From IMG/VR virus record IMGVR_UViG_3300000052_000006: a DNA stretch of 64,000 bases. One strand, written 5' to 3'. Origin of the DNA: a virus. Position 1 is the first letter of the stretch; the number at the start of each line of letters is the position of its first letter. A program made the position numbers and the translations under genes. Below, in pieces: positions 41,420 to 50,351 of the stretch. The notes below the pieces were generated by a model, which made no database searches, had not been told where the DNA came from, and saw only the letters and a list, made by a program, of their open reading frames with translations.

Positions 41420-41850
41420 GTCTCCACCCCCGTCAGCCCGCGCAACTCCACCTCGTTGGCGATCAGCTGGGTCCGCACGAGGCTGCCGATCTCATAGACG
41501 TCCATCCGGCGGTAGGCGCGCTTGCAGGCCGTGATGATCTCGATGCAGGCCGCGACCTCGGCGGGCTGCAGGGGCACACCGTGGTTCAACTTCGCGGCGA
41601 GTTTGGCGAGCGGCTTCAGGTCGATGTCGAGCGAGCGTTTCGCAACGATGCGCTGCCACAGATCGATCCAGCCGGCGAGCGCGGCCGGGATGTCGTACCA
41701 GGTTTCGTCGGCGGGGTTCTTGAACACCGGCTGGCCCTGGATCTCGTGGATCCATCCCTGGCTGAGCTTGTCCAGCATCGCGTCGACGCAGCCGAAGGCC
41801 TTGGCCATGTCGGCGATCGTGGGGCGGGCGCGGAGGCGGCGGCGGTTCAT
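41416..41850 (-). CDS. Hypothetical protein
   Basis: Coupled ORF in the early left operon. Confidence 0.7.
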   Translation of the reverse strand: MNRRRLRARPTIADMAKAFGCVDAMLDKLSQGWIHEIQGQPVFKNPADETWYDIPAALAGWIDLWQRIVAKRSLDIDLKPLAKLAAKLNHGVPLQPAEVAACIEIITACKRAYRRMDVYEIGSLVRTQLIANEVELRGLTGVET

Positions 41851-42947
41851 CTGCCCGCCCCTTTCCATTCAGCACCGCGCACGGCGCGGCCGATCGGCAC
41901 CAGCGCGAAGACGTCGCCGCGCCGGCTGCCGTTGCGTGCGGCCGCCATCGCCGCGGCCACGGCGCTGTCATGCACGGTGAACCGACGCATCGGGCGCTTC
42001 GGCACGACCACGGCGTAGCTGTCGATGAGGGCCCCGTCGATCTCCGGCTCGCCGCCGTGCGTGATGTGGTCGATCTGCTCGCGCAGCGCCGCGTTCGCGG
42101 TGCGCTCGACGCCGAGGAGGTGCTCGAGCTTCGTGTTCAGAGCAGTGGCGTTCGCGAGGTCGGCACGCATGCGCGCGACCTGCTCGGCGAGCGTCACGCT
42201 GCCGCCGTCGGGCGGGTCCATGTAGCGCGCGCCGGGGAGCGCTGCGGCGATGGCGTCGAGCTGGGCCCTCAACTTGAACTCCTCGGCTTCCAGCATGCTG
42301 ACCTTGTGCTGCAGGTCAGCAATCTCTCCATCCTTCGGGTCGAGGGCGTCGAGCTGACCGCGCATTTCCGCGTTGATCCGACGCGCAGCGTCGCGCTCTG
42401 CCTTCAGGTTCTCGATCGCCTCGACGGCACTACCGACGCCGTCCTCGCCGACGGCGTCCATCATCGATCGCTCCCACTGCATGCATGCCCACTTGTGCGC
42501 CTCGCCAAGATCAACGTGCGTGCGGATGTGCTTGGCCAGATCGCCGAGCATGACCTTGCCGGTCGGGTCGCCGACGGCCGCACGAATGTCGGCGATGACA
42601 TTCAGCAGGGACATTTCAGTGTCGGTCGGTATGCGCGGCTGCGAGCGGACATCCGCTTCGCCACCCTCGCTGTCGGCGTCAGTCCTGGCCTCATCAGCGG
42701 GGGAAACGGCGGCGGATGCTACCCTCGGCTCAGCCACCTCGATCGGCCGCAGCAGCCCATACCGGCCGTCGTACCGCCCACGCCCGGGGATGTGCTCGAT
42801 CTGGCCATGCCGCGCCAGCGTCTTGATCTGGTCGCGGACCTCCTGCTCGGCGAGGCCGGTGGCGGCACGCAGTTCGATCACCGTCTGCAGCTTGTGGGAG
42901 GCGGCCATCGCCGCTTCGACCGAGGGGAATTTGTCGACGGCGCCCAT
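41847..42947 (-). CDS. wHTH plus coiled-coil hypothetical protein
   Basis: N-terminal TVIELRAATGL.E.EVRDQI..L...GQI; long heptad region. Confidence 0.65.
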   Translation of the reverse strand: MGAVDKFPSVEAAMAASHKLQTVIELRAATGLAEQEVRDQIKTLARHGQIEHIPGRGRYDGRYGLLRPIEVAEPRVASAAVSPADEARTDADSEGGEADVRSQPRIPTDTEMSLLNVIADIRAAVGDPTGKVMLGDLAKHIRTHVDLGEAHKWACMQWERSMMDAVGEDGVGSAVEAIENLKAERDAARRINAEMRGQLDALDPKDGEIADLQHKVSMLEAEEFKLRAQLDAIAAALPGARYMDPPDGGSVTLAEQVARMRADLANATALNTKLEHLLGVERTANAALREQIDHITHGGEPEIDGALIDSYAVVVPKRPMRRFTVHDSAVAAAMAAARNGSRRGDVFALVPIGRAVRGAEWKGAGR

Positions 42948-43465
42948 CAGAAGACCCCTTCTTCGTCGTCCCCGAATCCGCCGTCGGGCGGCTCCAGGCT
43001 CATCGTGATGTCCTGCTGGATCAGCTCGCACAGCCGCCCCATCTGCTCCGGAGACGGATGGCACTGCAGGCGCAGGCCGAGCGATACACTGCCGCCTTCG
43101 ATGGGGGCGAAGGTGAGCCGGCTGAGTTTGCAGTCGGGCAGCCGGATGTCGGCCTGGCCGGTCACGCCCAGATGGACGTGGAAGGTGTAGCCGGCGCTGT
43201 CCCAGTCCCACTTGATCGGGCTCTTGATCTGCGGGAAGCGAAGCTGCGGCAGGTGGCCGGGTTCGTCGGCGAGCAGATCGCCATGGGAGTCGTCCTTGCG
43301 GAAGAACGAGCATTTCAGGCTGGGGTGGATCTCGGACAGGACGTCGTTCGTCGTCTTGATCTCGAGCTTGATGTCGGCGCCAAGGGCCTTGTCCTCGCCG
43401 TGGCACTCGGCACGGGGATTGACGGACGACAGGCGGGCGGTGTGCTCTTCGAAGCAGAGTTGCAT
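42947..43465 (-). CDS. Conserved phage hypothetical protein
   Basis: VNPRAECHGEDK.LG.DIKL...GGSV.L..R.Q.HP; TGATG coupling. Confidence 0.7.
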   Translation of the reverse strand: MQLCFEEHTARLSSVNPRAECHGEDKALGADIKLEIKTTNDVLSEIHPSLKCSFFRKDDSHGDLLADEPGHLPQLRFPQIKSPIKWDWDSAGYTFHVHLGVTGQADIRLPDCKLSRLTFAPIEGGSVSLGLRLQCHPSPEQMGRLCELIQQDITMSLEPPDGGFGDDEEGVF

Positions 43466-43494
43466 GGTGGTGTGGCTCCGGTGGTGGGAGAGGG

Positions 43495-44568
43495 TTACTC
43501 GCCTGCCTTCTCGGCGGCTTCGTAGTCGCGCAGGAAGTCGTCCTGATCGCTGCTGACTTCCCCTGTTTCGGGATCGACGGTCGCAGTAGCGGCAGCCTGT
43601 TGCTCGGCTTGTGCCTTCAGTGCGGTGACGCGGCGCTGGTAGGCCTCGATCGCGCGGGTTTTGTCGGGGCCGTCGGGCAGCTGCGCTCCGAGCGACTTCG
43701 CCGCGGCCATGCTCTCGCCGTCGTGGGCGGACTCGATGGCGTTGAGGACCTGCTCCAGGGTGACCGCCGGGGGCTGGGGCGGCGCGCTCGGGGCGGCCTT
43801 CCTGCCGGCGCCGAGGCGGGACTTCAGGGCATCGGTCTTGGTGGCGGGCGTCTGCGGTGGGTCGACAACTTCGGCGGCGCCCATGTCGCGCTCGGCGGGG
43901 TTGATCTGCTCGAGCTCCTCGGGCGCATACACGCCGAGGATCACGTCCGGGGTGTAGCGGCGCGCCCACTTGCGGATTGCGACGTAGGTGATCTGCTGCT
44001 GCGGGTCGGTAGCCCACTGCGTCGAGAAGCGCGGGTAGCACTGCGACATCATCACCGTGATCTCGCGTGGCGCGTCCTCGCCGCGAAGCTGGCAGCGGCA
44101 GACCACGCCAAGCCCGGCCTCGTCCTTCTTGTCCCACGCGGCGACGTAGTATTTGCCGCCCTTGTCGGACTTACGTTCCTCGACCTTGCCGAGGATCTTG
44201 TCCCAGTCGCCGAGGAATTCGAACTCGGGGCGACGCTCGATCGGCGCGAGGGTCGTCACGACGGCATTGATCAGTTGCGCTTCATAGCCGAGCGCACCGC
44301 CCTGGGTGACGTGGGTCTTCTGGGCGACCGCGAACGGGTTCATCCGCCACTGCACCGCCTGCATTGCCACTGCCAGGCAGTCGCCGGTGTTACGCAGGTG
44401 CTGCGGGATGGTCGCGCGGCCGGTGGCCATCAGTTCGGCCACGCGGATCAGGCGGTCCATACTCTGGTCGTCGAGGATCAGCGCAGCGGAACTTGTCGCG
44501 ACCATCGGGACATCATGGATGTGCGGCGCGTCCGGGACGACGGTGAGCGGGGCGGTTCGGGTGTTCAT
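43495..44568 (-). CDS. recT: RecT-family ssDNA annealing protein
   Basis: PQHLR..GDCLAV.MQA..W.MNPFAVAQKT; W.TDP.QQ..Y...R.WARRY.PDVILGVY.PEE. Confidence 0.88.
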   Translation of the reverse strand: MNTRTAPLTVVPDAPHIHDVPMVATSSAALILDDQSMDRLIRVAELMATGRATIPQHLRNTGDCLAVAMQAVQWRMNPFAVAQKTHVTQGGALGYEAQLINAVVTTLAPIERRPEFEFLGDWDKILGKVEERKSDKGGKYYVAAWDKKDEAGLGVVCRCQLRGEDAPREITVMMSQCYPRFSTQWATDPQQQITYVAIRKWARRYTPDVILGVYAPEELEQINPAERDMGAAEVVDPPQTPATKTDALKSRLGAGRKAAPSAPPQPPAVTLEQVLNAIESAHDGESMAAAKSLGAQLPDGPDKTRAIEAYQRRVTALKAQAEQQAAATATVDPETGEVSSDQDDFLRDYEAAEKAGE

Positions 44569-44576
44569 AGGTTTCC

Positions 44577-45548
44577 TCACTTGATGAGCAGGCGCCTGCT
44601 TCCTGCGGTTTCGGTGGTGTGCTGCTCGATCACGCTGTCGGGGACGCCTGCGGCCTTGCAGGCGGCCTTCCAGTCCGTACGGCTGCTCGGGCGGGCGGTC
44701 TTGTAGGTGGCCAGGGTGGCGCCCTGGTAGCGCAGCACGGCGGCCGCCCCCATGTAGGTGGTGAGCATGTCGCGTGCAGCTTGCTCGTCGGTTTCCAGGG
44801 CCTTGATGCGGGCCTTCAGGTCGGCGAGTTCAGCAATGAGTTGCGCGATGTCCTCGCTCGCCTCGATCTGCCGCTCGTTGTCCTGCGGGTACAGCAGGCG
44901 CACGTCGGCCTCGCTCTGCGGATCCGGGGCGACGTCGTTCTCGACGTGCTGGCGCCACCACTCCGCGGCACGGCGCAGGAGTTCGTCCTCGAGATCGGCG
45001 TCGCGGGCCATGTGATAGACGCGCAGCTCCTGATTGCCGAACAGCACGGCCAGGTCGGCGTACTGGCAGCCGGTGAGGGCCTCGTACACGCTCACCTGCA
45101 CGAGATACGACGCGGGCACCTGGTCGGTACCGGCCGCGCCCCATTCACTCGCATCGCTTGCGGCAAAGGCCGATGCCGTCTTCGCCTCGAACAAGCGGTC
45201 GGTTCGGATCTCGCCGCGGTGCGACGCCACCTTTGCGCCCTCGGGGATCACCAGGCGATCGACGTGGCCGATCACCATCGGATAGTCGGGGTGGCGCAAC
45301 ATGGCGTTGTAGCGCTGCACGCGGCGCCCGGTCTTGCGGGTGTATTCGTCGGCGACGAACTGCTCGGCGTAGCTGCCGAAGCGCATCTGAAGCGTTTCGT
45401 CGGCGCCCGGTGCCCGGCCGGTTTTCTCCATCCAGACCTCGACCGGGCTGCGGTATTTCGACAGGCCGAGGACGGCGCCGATGTCGGAGCCTCCCAGTCC
45501 GCTCCGGCGCTCGGCGAGGAACGCGGCGCGTTTGTCCGGGGCGTTCAT
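44577..45548 (-). CDS. YqaJ-like recombination exonuclease
   Basis: GGSDIGAVLG.S.Y; IGHVDR...FEAKT; VP.SY..QV. Confidence 0.9.
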   Translation of the reverse strand: MNAPDKRAAFLAERRSGLGGSDIGAVLGLSKYRSPVEVWMEKTGRAPGADETLQMRFGSYAEQFVADEYTRKTGRRVQRYNAMLRHPDYPMVIGHVDRLVIPEGAKVASHRGEIRTDRLFEAKTASAFAASDASEWGAAGTDQVPASYLVQVSVYEALTGCQYADLAVLFGNQELRVYHMARDADLEDELLRRAAEWWRQHVENDVAPDPQSEADVRLLYPQDNERQIEASEDIAQLIAELADLKARIKALETDEQAARDMLTTYMGAAAVLRYQGATLATYKTARPSSRTDWKAACKAAGVPDSVIEQHTTETAGSRRLLIK

Positions 45549-45775
45549 GCCACCCCCTTCGCGCGCCGGTCCATACCCCGCGCGATGTCCTGCGCGGTCA
45601 GTTCTGCCCGCTGCGCACGGCGCAGCTCGTCGAGCTTCGCTTCGAGCCCGGCGATGTGCGTATCGAACGAGGCTCGCGCCCAGTCGATGTCGGACTCCAG
45701 CCGGCGGATCGTGGCGGCGCGCAGGTCGTGCCGGGCGCGGCGCAGGCTGCGGCGCACGAGGGTGACGATGCTCAC
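45545..45775 (-). CDS. Copy 2 of 643-873
   Basis: Identical at +44,902. Confidence 0.55.
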   Translation of the reverse strand: MSIVTLVRRSLRRARHDLRAATIRRLESDIDWARASFDTHIAGLEAKLDELRRAQRAELTAQDIARGMDRRAKGVA

Positions 45776-45993
45776 GGCCGCGCCTCCGCAACGATCACCC
45801 GGCGCGAGGGGCGGGCAGGTACGCTGAAGGGCGGGCATTCGCCGGCGGCGGCCTCGCTGCTCGCCTGGGTGTGCTCGGGCTGCGCCGGGGCAGCGTGCTC
45901 GGCGGCATGTCTGGTGGCGTTGGCGGTCACCGCCACGCCGAGGCCAAAGGCGCACACCAGCGGCAGCAACGTTTTTTCGATCCAGACGTTCAT
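45772..45993 (-). CDS. Copy 2 of 870-1091
   Basis: Identical at +44,902. Confidence 0.55.
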   Translation of the reverse strand: MNVWIEKTLLPLVCAFGLGVAVTANATRHAAEHAAPAQPEHTQASSEAAAGECPPFSVPARPSRRVIVAEARP

Positions 45994-46271
45994 TTGTCCT
46001 CTCCTGTCGTGGTGCCGGCGCGGCGGCACGCGGAGTCGTGCTGAGCGGCAATCGCCTGCTCGGCGACATCGAACGACGAGGCACGAATCACCGCCTCGCG
46101 CTCGTGGTAGCGCGTCGTGCCTTCCCCGTCGACGCCGTGGCGGGCGTTCATCCGCCCCCACGAGTTCTTTTCCTCCGGCGTCATGATGTGCAGCGCGTTC
46201 AGAATGATCTGGTGGGCGAAGACCAGCTCTCGCAGAAGGTCCGCCGCGGTTTCCGTCATTGCTCTGGCCAT
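45990..46271 (-). CDS. Copy 2 of 1088-1369
   Basis: Identical at +44,902. Confidence 0.6.
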   Translation of the reverse strand: MARAMTETAADLLRELVFAHQIILNALHIMTPEEKNSWGRMNARHGVDGEGTTRYHEREAVIRASSFDVAEQAIAAQHDSACRRAGTTTGEDK

Positions 46272-46287
46272 GGCCGTCTCCCCTCTC

Positions 46288-46647
46288 CTAGTCCTGTTCC
46301 TGTTCGGCCAGGCGATCCGCCTCGTCCTCGCGCTCCATCACCGCGACGATGCGTTCGGCTTCTGCACGGGCCTGTGCCTTGAGCGCCCGCCGCAGGGCCG
46401 TCTTCGTCGCCTGCCAGTACGCCATCGGGCCTTCGTCGTAAGCGGCGTTGATCGCCGCGTATTCGTCGTCGGTCAGCGTCGTCATGGCTTCGCCGCGGCT
46501 TGCCTCGTCCTTCATGAGCTCATCGAGCTCGATCTCGGCGAGAATCTCGACCGCCCGCTCGCGCACCTCTTCGCGATCGGAGGTTTCCGGCGGCAACGCG
46601 TCGCCGGGCCCGGGGATGTCCTTCCAGTTCGTGTGCGACATGCTCAC
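46288..46647 (-). CDS. Copy 2 of 1386-1745
   Basis: Identical at +44,902. Confidence 0.65.
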   Translation of the reverse strand: MSMSHTNWKDIPGPGDALPPETSDREEVRERAVEILAEIELDELMKDEASRGEAMTTLTDDEYAAINAAYDEGPMAYWQATKTALRRALKAQARAEAERIVAVMEREDEADRLAEQEQD

Positions 46648-46832
46648 TTCCTCCTGTGCAGATGACTGCCGATGTGCCAGCCCGAGCAGTGCGGGCAGTG
46701 GTACGGAGCGATGCGCTCGCAGTGCCTGTGGGCGCTGCGGGTTGCTGCTTTCCGGGCCCGGCCGTGCGAGGTGAACCGGTGCTTGCCGGAGCAGGTCGCC
46801 ACCGGATCGGTGGGGTCGCCTTTCAGGGACAT
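46644..46832 (-). CDS. Copy 2 of the Zn-finger-like protein
   Basis: Identical at +44,902. Confidence 0.65.
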   Translation of the reverse strand: MSLKGDPTDPVATCSGKHRFTSHGRARKAATRSAHRHCERIAPYHCPHCSGWHIGSHLHRRK

Positions 46833-47008
46833 TTCAGCGCCCCCCCCGGCAGGCCGCTGGCAAGCGCGGCCGCGACTTCATTGAACCCGGCGAGCACGAA
46901 CGAGGCTGCGGCCAGGGAAACCGCCGCGGCGACGAGTAGGATGACGACGACCAGCAGGCCGCGGCCGGCGCGGCGGGTCTGGATGTGATGGCGGGGTAGG
47001 TTCGACAT
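46823..47008 (-). CDS. Copy 2 of the first PL gene
   Basis: Identical at +44,902. Confidence 0.5.
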   Translation of the reverse strand: MSNLPRHHIQTRRAGRGLLVVVILLVAAAVSLAAASFVLAGFNEVAAALASGLPGGALKCP

Positions 47009-47051
47009 GGCTGGCTCCCGGGGGGCCGACGTGGTTTCGTCGGCTGATTGG

Positions 47052-47093
47052 ATATTAGGCGCGCCTAACAGATAATGCAATAGGTGCTCCTAA
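47052..47093 (-). promoter_or_regulatory. Copy 2 of PL/OL
   Basis: Identical at +44,902. Confidence 0.8.
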
Positions 47094-47217
47094 TTTTTTT
47101 CTCGCGCCAGTTCCGCCATGACATTTGTCCCGCCGCACCCCGGGCATATCCGGCCATGGCATCCAACCCGTGTGGGCACTACGTTGAAGGTGGGAATAAC
47201 TACGTCATGGAGCGATC

Positions 47218-48047
47218 ATGAAACAGAGCTACGCAGTGCTCATTCCGCTTGCGGTTGTCGTTGTCGGGTGCGCATCGCCGGTACCGGTTGCGCAAAACTT
47301 CGAACTGACGCGCCAGAAGGTCGCGCGGGCGGCGCACCACTGGGACGTGGTGGCCGAGGACGTGGTCGACCAGACGCTCCGCTCGGTGGCCGAGAAGCCG
47401 CAGCTGCAAGGCCGTGGCCTCTATGTGGGGCAGGCCCGAAGCACGGCTTTCGATGTGGCGTTTCGCAATTTCTGATCACCCACCTTGTTCAGCGCGGCGC
47501 GACCGTCAGCGAATGCAAGATCGGCTCGCCGGCGGTGGCCGGCTTTGCCCGCGACGGGGCGGACGTCGAGGTCCGCTATCACACGCAGCTCATCGTCCAT
47601 AGCGGAAGAGGGTGGGATTACCAGCCGCCGCGGCTGACGATCCTGGCCTCTGGGGTGGCCGTGCTACGCGAAATCTTCCTGGCCGATCACGAGGTGGCCG
47701 GGGCGCTCACCGGTGCGGCGCTCACGGATTGGTGGGCTGGGCACATGGCACGCCCGACCAGAACGGAGGTGATCGTTACGACGACGGTGGTTGAGAACAA
47801 CCGCTTCGTCATGCGGACGAAGGACATCTACTACGTCCCGGATGGCGATGCGACCCTCTTCACGCAGAAGGTCGCGCAGCGCGGCATGTGCCCGGAAGAG
47901 AAGACGATGGCCGCCAACGACGACGCCGAGACTCTGCCGCAGGAGATCGTGACCGAGCTGTCGCGGCAGGAAATGCTCAAGCGCGACATGCGCCGGACCA
48001 ACCCCGACTGGAAGCCGACCACGCAACCGACGGCATATTCGTTCTGA
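47218..48047 (+). pseudogene. Copy 2 of the frameshifted lipoprotein
   Basis: Same frameshift as copy 1. Confidence 0.7.
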
Positions 48048-48154
48048 GTGAAAGCCCCCGCGCTGAGTGTGCCGGGTGAGGGGGCTGCTGCGGCGGCGAG
48101 GCCGCGCCGGGCCGTGCTATCCTCTTGCCACCAACAGCGTGACATAAGGTGGCA

Positions 48155-48397
48155 ATGCGCAAGCCTCGCCTCTACAGCATCCAGTCCCGGCATGCCCGGG
48201 AGTGCGAGCAGATCCTGAGCGAACTGCTCGAACTGGCGAAGGCGGGGCGGCTCACCGGAATCAACTGGTCAGCGGTCACCGACGGGCGCGGAGTGGTTTC
48301 CGGCCGGGCCGGCGTGATGGCGCGCGACGACGGCCTTGCGTTGCTGTCGTCCTTCCGCAAGGCGACCGATATCGCCGGAGAATCGCAGCCACGCTGA
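48155..48397 (+). CDS. Copy 2 of 3253-3495
   Basis: Identical at +44,902. Confidence 0.6.
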   Translation: MRKPRLYSIQSRHARECEQILSELLELAKAGRLTGINWSAVTDGRGVVSGRAGVMARDDGLALLSSFRKATDIAGESQPR

Positions 48398-48418
48398 GCC
48401 CGCGGTAGAATCCCGCGC

Positions 48419-48538
48419 TTGCAGGCGTGGAGAGCCACCTCCATGTAGCCTGCGTCCAGACGGCTGCGGGGCCCGAAGAGCCCCCCGACCCAGGCGCGCT
48501 GCATCCCCCCCTCGGCCCGCTCACGCGGGTTTCTTTTT
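48419..48538 (+). ncRNA. Copy 2 of the candidate anti-cII sRNA
   Basis: Identical at +44,902; seed 48502-48513 complementary to 49639-49650. Confidence 0.6.
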
Positions 48539-49084
48539 GCGCCCTGCCTCGCGTTGCCGCGGGATCATCGCCTCATTTTCGTTTCTCACCCATTTTGCAT
48601 CAAGCTTTTTGACGTCGATCTCCCGCGCCGGCCGGGCTGATGCAGCCGGTTTGGATGCTCCCTGCAGCGCGAGTTCGATGCGCAGCCTGGCCGCCCCTTC
48701 GTCCTCGACCAGGTCTTCGTAGCGGACCCCGAGCGCTTGCAGGGTGCCCGACACGACATCTCTGATCACTTCATAGGTGATCTCACGAGCAGCGCGCTCG
48801 GTTTCGGGTATGCAATCAGGGGGAAGCGGTGCGGATGATAGGTCGTTATCGTGCGCCACGGATTCGTCTGGCGTCTTCGGGCCGCGCCCTTCCGTGAGCC
48901 ACAGCATATTTACACCAAGGAAGGCCGCTGCCCTTTGTGCGGGGACCGCTTTCATGCTCCGCGTCTTGCCGCTGAGCCAGTCGTTCACTGATGGGGTCTT
49001 CACGCCGCACGCGCGGGCGAGTTCAGTCTGCGTCTTGCCGGAATTGGCAAGGGCTTCGCTGATGCGGTCTTTGAGTGTACTCAT
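48521..49084 (-). CDS. cI: Copy 2 of the CI-like repressor
   Basis: Identical at +44,902. Confidence 0.85.
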   Translation of the reverse strand: MSTLKDRISEALANSGKTQTELARACGVKTPSVNDWLSGKTRSMKAVPAQRAAAFLGVNMLWLTEGRGPKTPDESVAHDNDLSSAPLPPDCIPETERAAREITYEVIRDVVSGTLQALGVRYEDLVEDEGAARLRIELALQGASKPAASARPAREIDVKKLDAKWVRNENEAMIPRQREAGRKKKPA

Positions 49085-49150
49085 ATAGGCAATCCTAACC
49101 GGCAGGCTATTAGGCATTCCTTGACTCTTGAAGTTAGGTGCGCCTAAAAT
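49085..49150. promoter_or_regulatory. Copy 2 of OR/PR/PRM
   Basis: Identical at +44,902. Confidence 0.8.
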
Positions 49151-49157
49151 CTGTGAC

Positions 49158-49535
49158 ATGGACTCGAACCTCGACGCATCCGCAATCATCGACGCACTTG
49201 GCGGCACGTCCGCTGTTGCTGACATGTTTGATATCAAGCCTCCGTCTGTTTCCGAGTGGAGGGAGCGCAACCACATCCCGAAAGCGCGCCTGATGTACCT
49301 GAAGCTCGCGCGCCCGGACGTCTTCGATGGCCTGCCGGTCGGGCAGTGCGCCGACGCTGCAATGCCCGAAGGCGCACAGCCGCCGCTGTCCATACGGAGC
49401 CCCCAGACCGCGTCTGGGCTGGGGGCGAGGCCGGAATCACAGACTTGCGCAGTGGGCTCGACCGTCGCGGGGGCGCTGACCGACGAGTCCGCCGCGGACG
49501 GCGCAACGAGAACGGTCGAGCCGGCTGGCGACTGA
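49158..49535 (+). CDS. cro: Copy 2 of the Cro-like regulator
   Basis: Identical at +44,902. Confidence 0.8.
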   Translation: MDSNLDASAIIDALGGTSAVADMFDIKPPSVSEWRERNHIPKARLMYLKLARPDVFDGLPVGQCADAAMPEGAQPPLSIRSPQTASGLGARPESQTCAVGSTVAGALTDESAADGATRTVEPAGD

Positions 49536-49647
49536 AATGACACACCTTGCACGTCCATCCCGTTTGCTCCTCGTTTCGCTTGCTGCGGGGGCCCGCCCAG
49601 TCGGCGTGAGTCGGCTGGGCATCTTTTTGTGAGCCTAGGAGGGGGGG

Positions 49648-49872
49648 ATGGAAAGCGCTGGAAAAGCCTTTTCAAAGTTGGTCGCGGCCTACGAGGCCGC
49701 CGGCAAAAAAACGGCGCTCGCATCCGAGCTCGGCGAGCGCGACAGCCAGCTCTCGAAGCTGGTGCACATGCATGGGCCGAAGCTGTGCCGGCTGTTCGAC
49801 CTGCTCGGCCTCGAGCTGCACGACGCCGGCTATGTGAAAGCGATCGAGAAGGCGTTGAAGGAGAAGCTGTGA
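49648..49872 (+). CDS. cII: Copy 2 of the CII-like activator
   Basis: Identical at +44,902. Confidence 0.75.
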   Translation: MESAGKAFSKLVAAYEAAGKKTALASELGERDSQLSKLVHMHGPKLCRLFDLLGLELHDAGYVKAIEKALKEKL

Positions 49873-50351
49873 TGGGTGCATCCGATATGACCGCGCAGGC
49901 CGCCGACTTAGTGGCGGCGACGTCGGGCGGCCCGCATGCATGCCATGCGTTCGATAAAGAAATTGTGACGGGCGCGTTTGTGGAAGCCGTCAAGGACGGC
50001 ATCTGCAAGCACGCCGAGTGTCGCCATGGCGGCCGTCGTGGTCTTGGCGATCACCACAAAACGCGAGGCGTCATGACGCACGATGGAGAAGACGATGGCG
50101 ACCCCGAGCAGTGACGACAGAAATGCCATGGAACGGCCCAGAAATGCGCCCCGGAAGAACTGTCGGCGCCGAAAGAGCCGGAAGACGTGCCTGGTCATGA
50201 TCTTCCTGCTGGCTCTGGCTGCCCAGCTCAGCGGCGGAATGGCACTGATCGCCATCCTCGCAGCCCAGATCCTTTTCTTGATCGCATTGATTATCACGGC
50301 GACTCCGATGACGACTGAGCGTCGTCGCGATTCTAGTCGCATGGGGGAGCG

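Larger units (their letters stand above)
1..44902. mobile_element. Complete temperate lambdoid/HK97-like siphophage genome, one 44,902-bp unit (circularly permuted)
   Basis: Full set of integrase, immunity, replication, packaging, head, tail and lysis modules; position 44903 restarts the sequence at position 1. Confidence 0.95.

Noticed and set aside
1-44902. CRISPR array or solitary repeat (Racr)
   Set aside because: No regularly spaced 25-40-bp repeats; the 3519-3551 hairpin does not match type I-C/E/F repeat ends by eye
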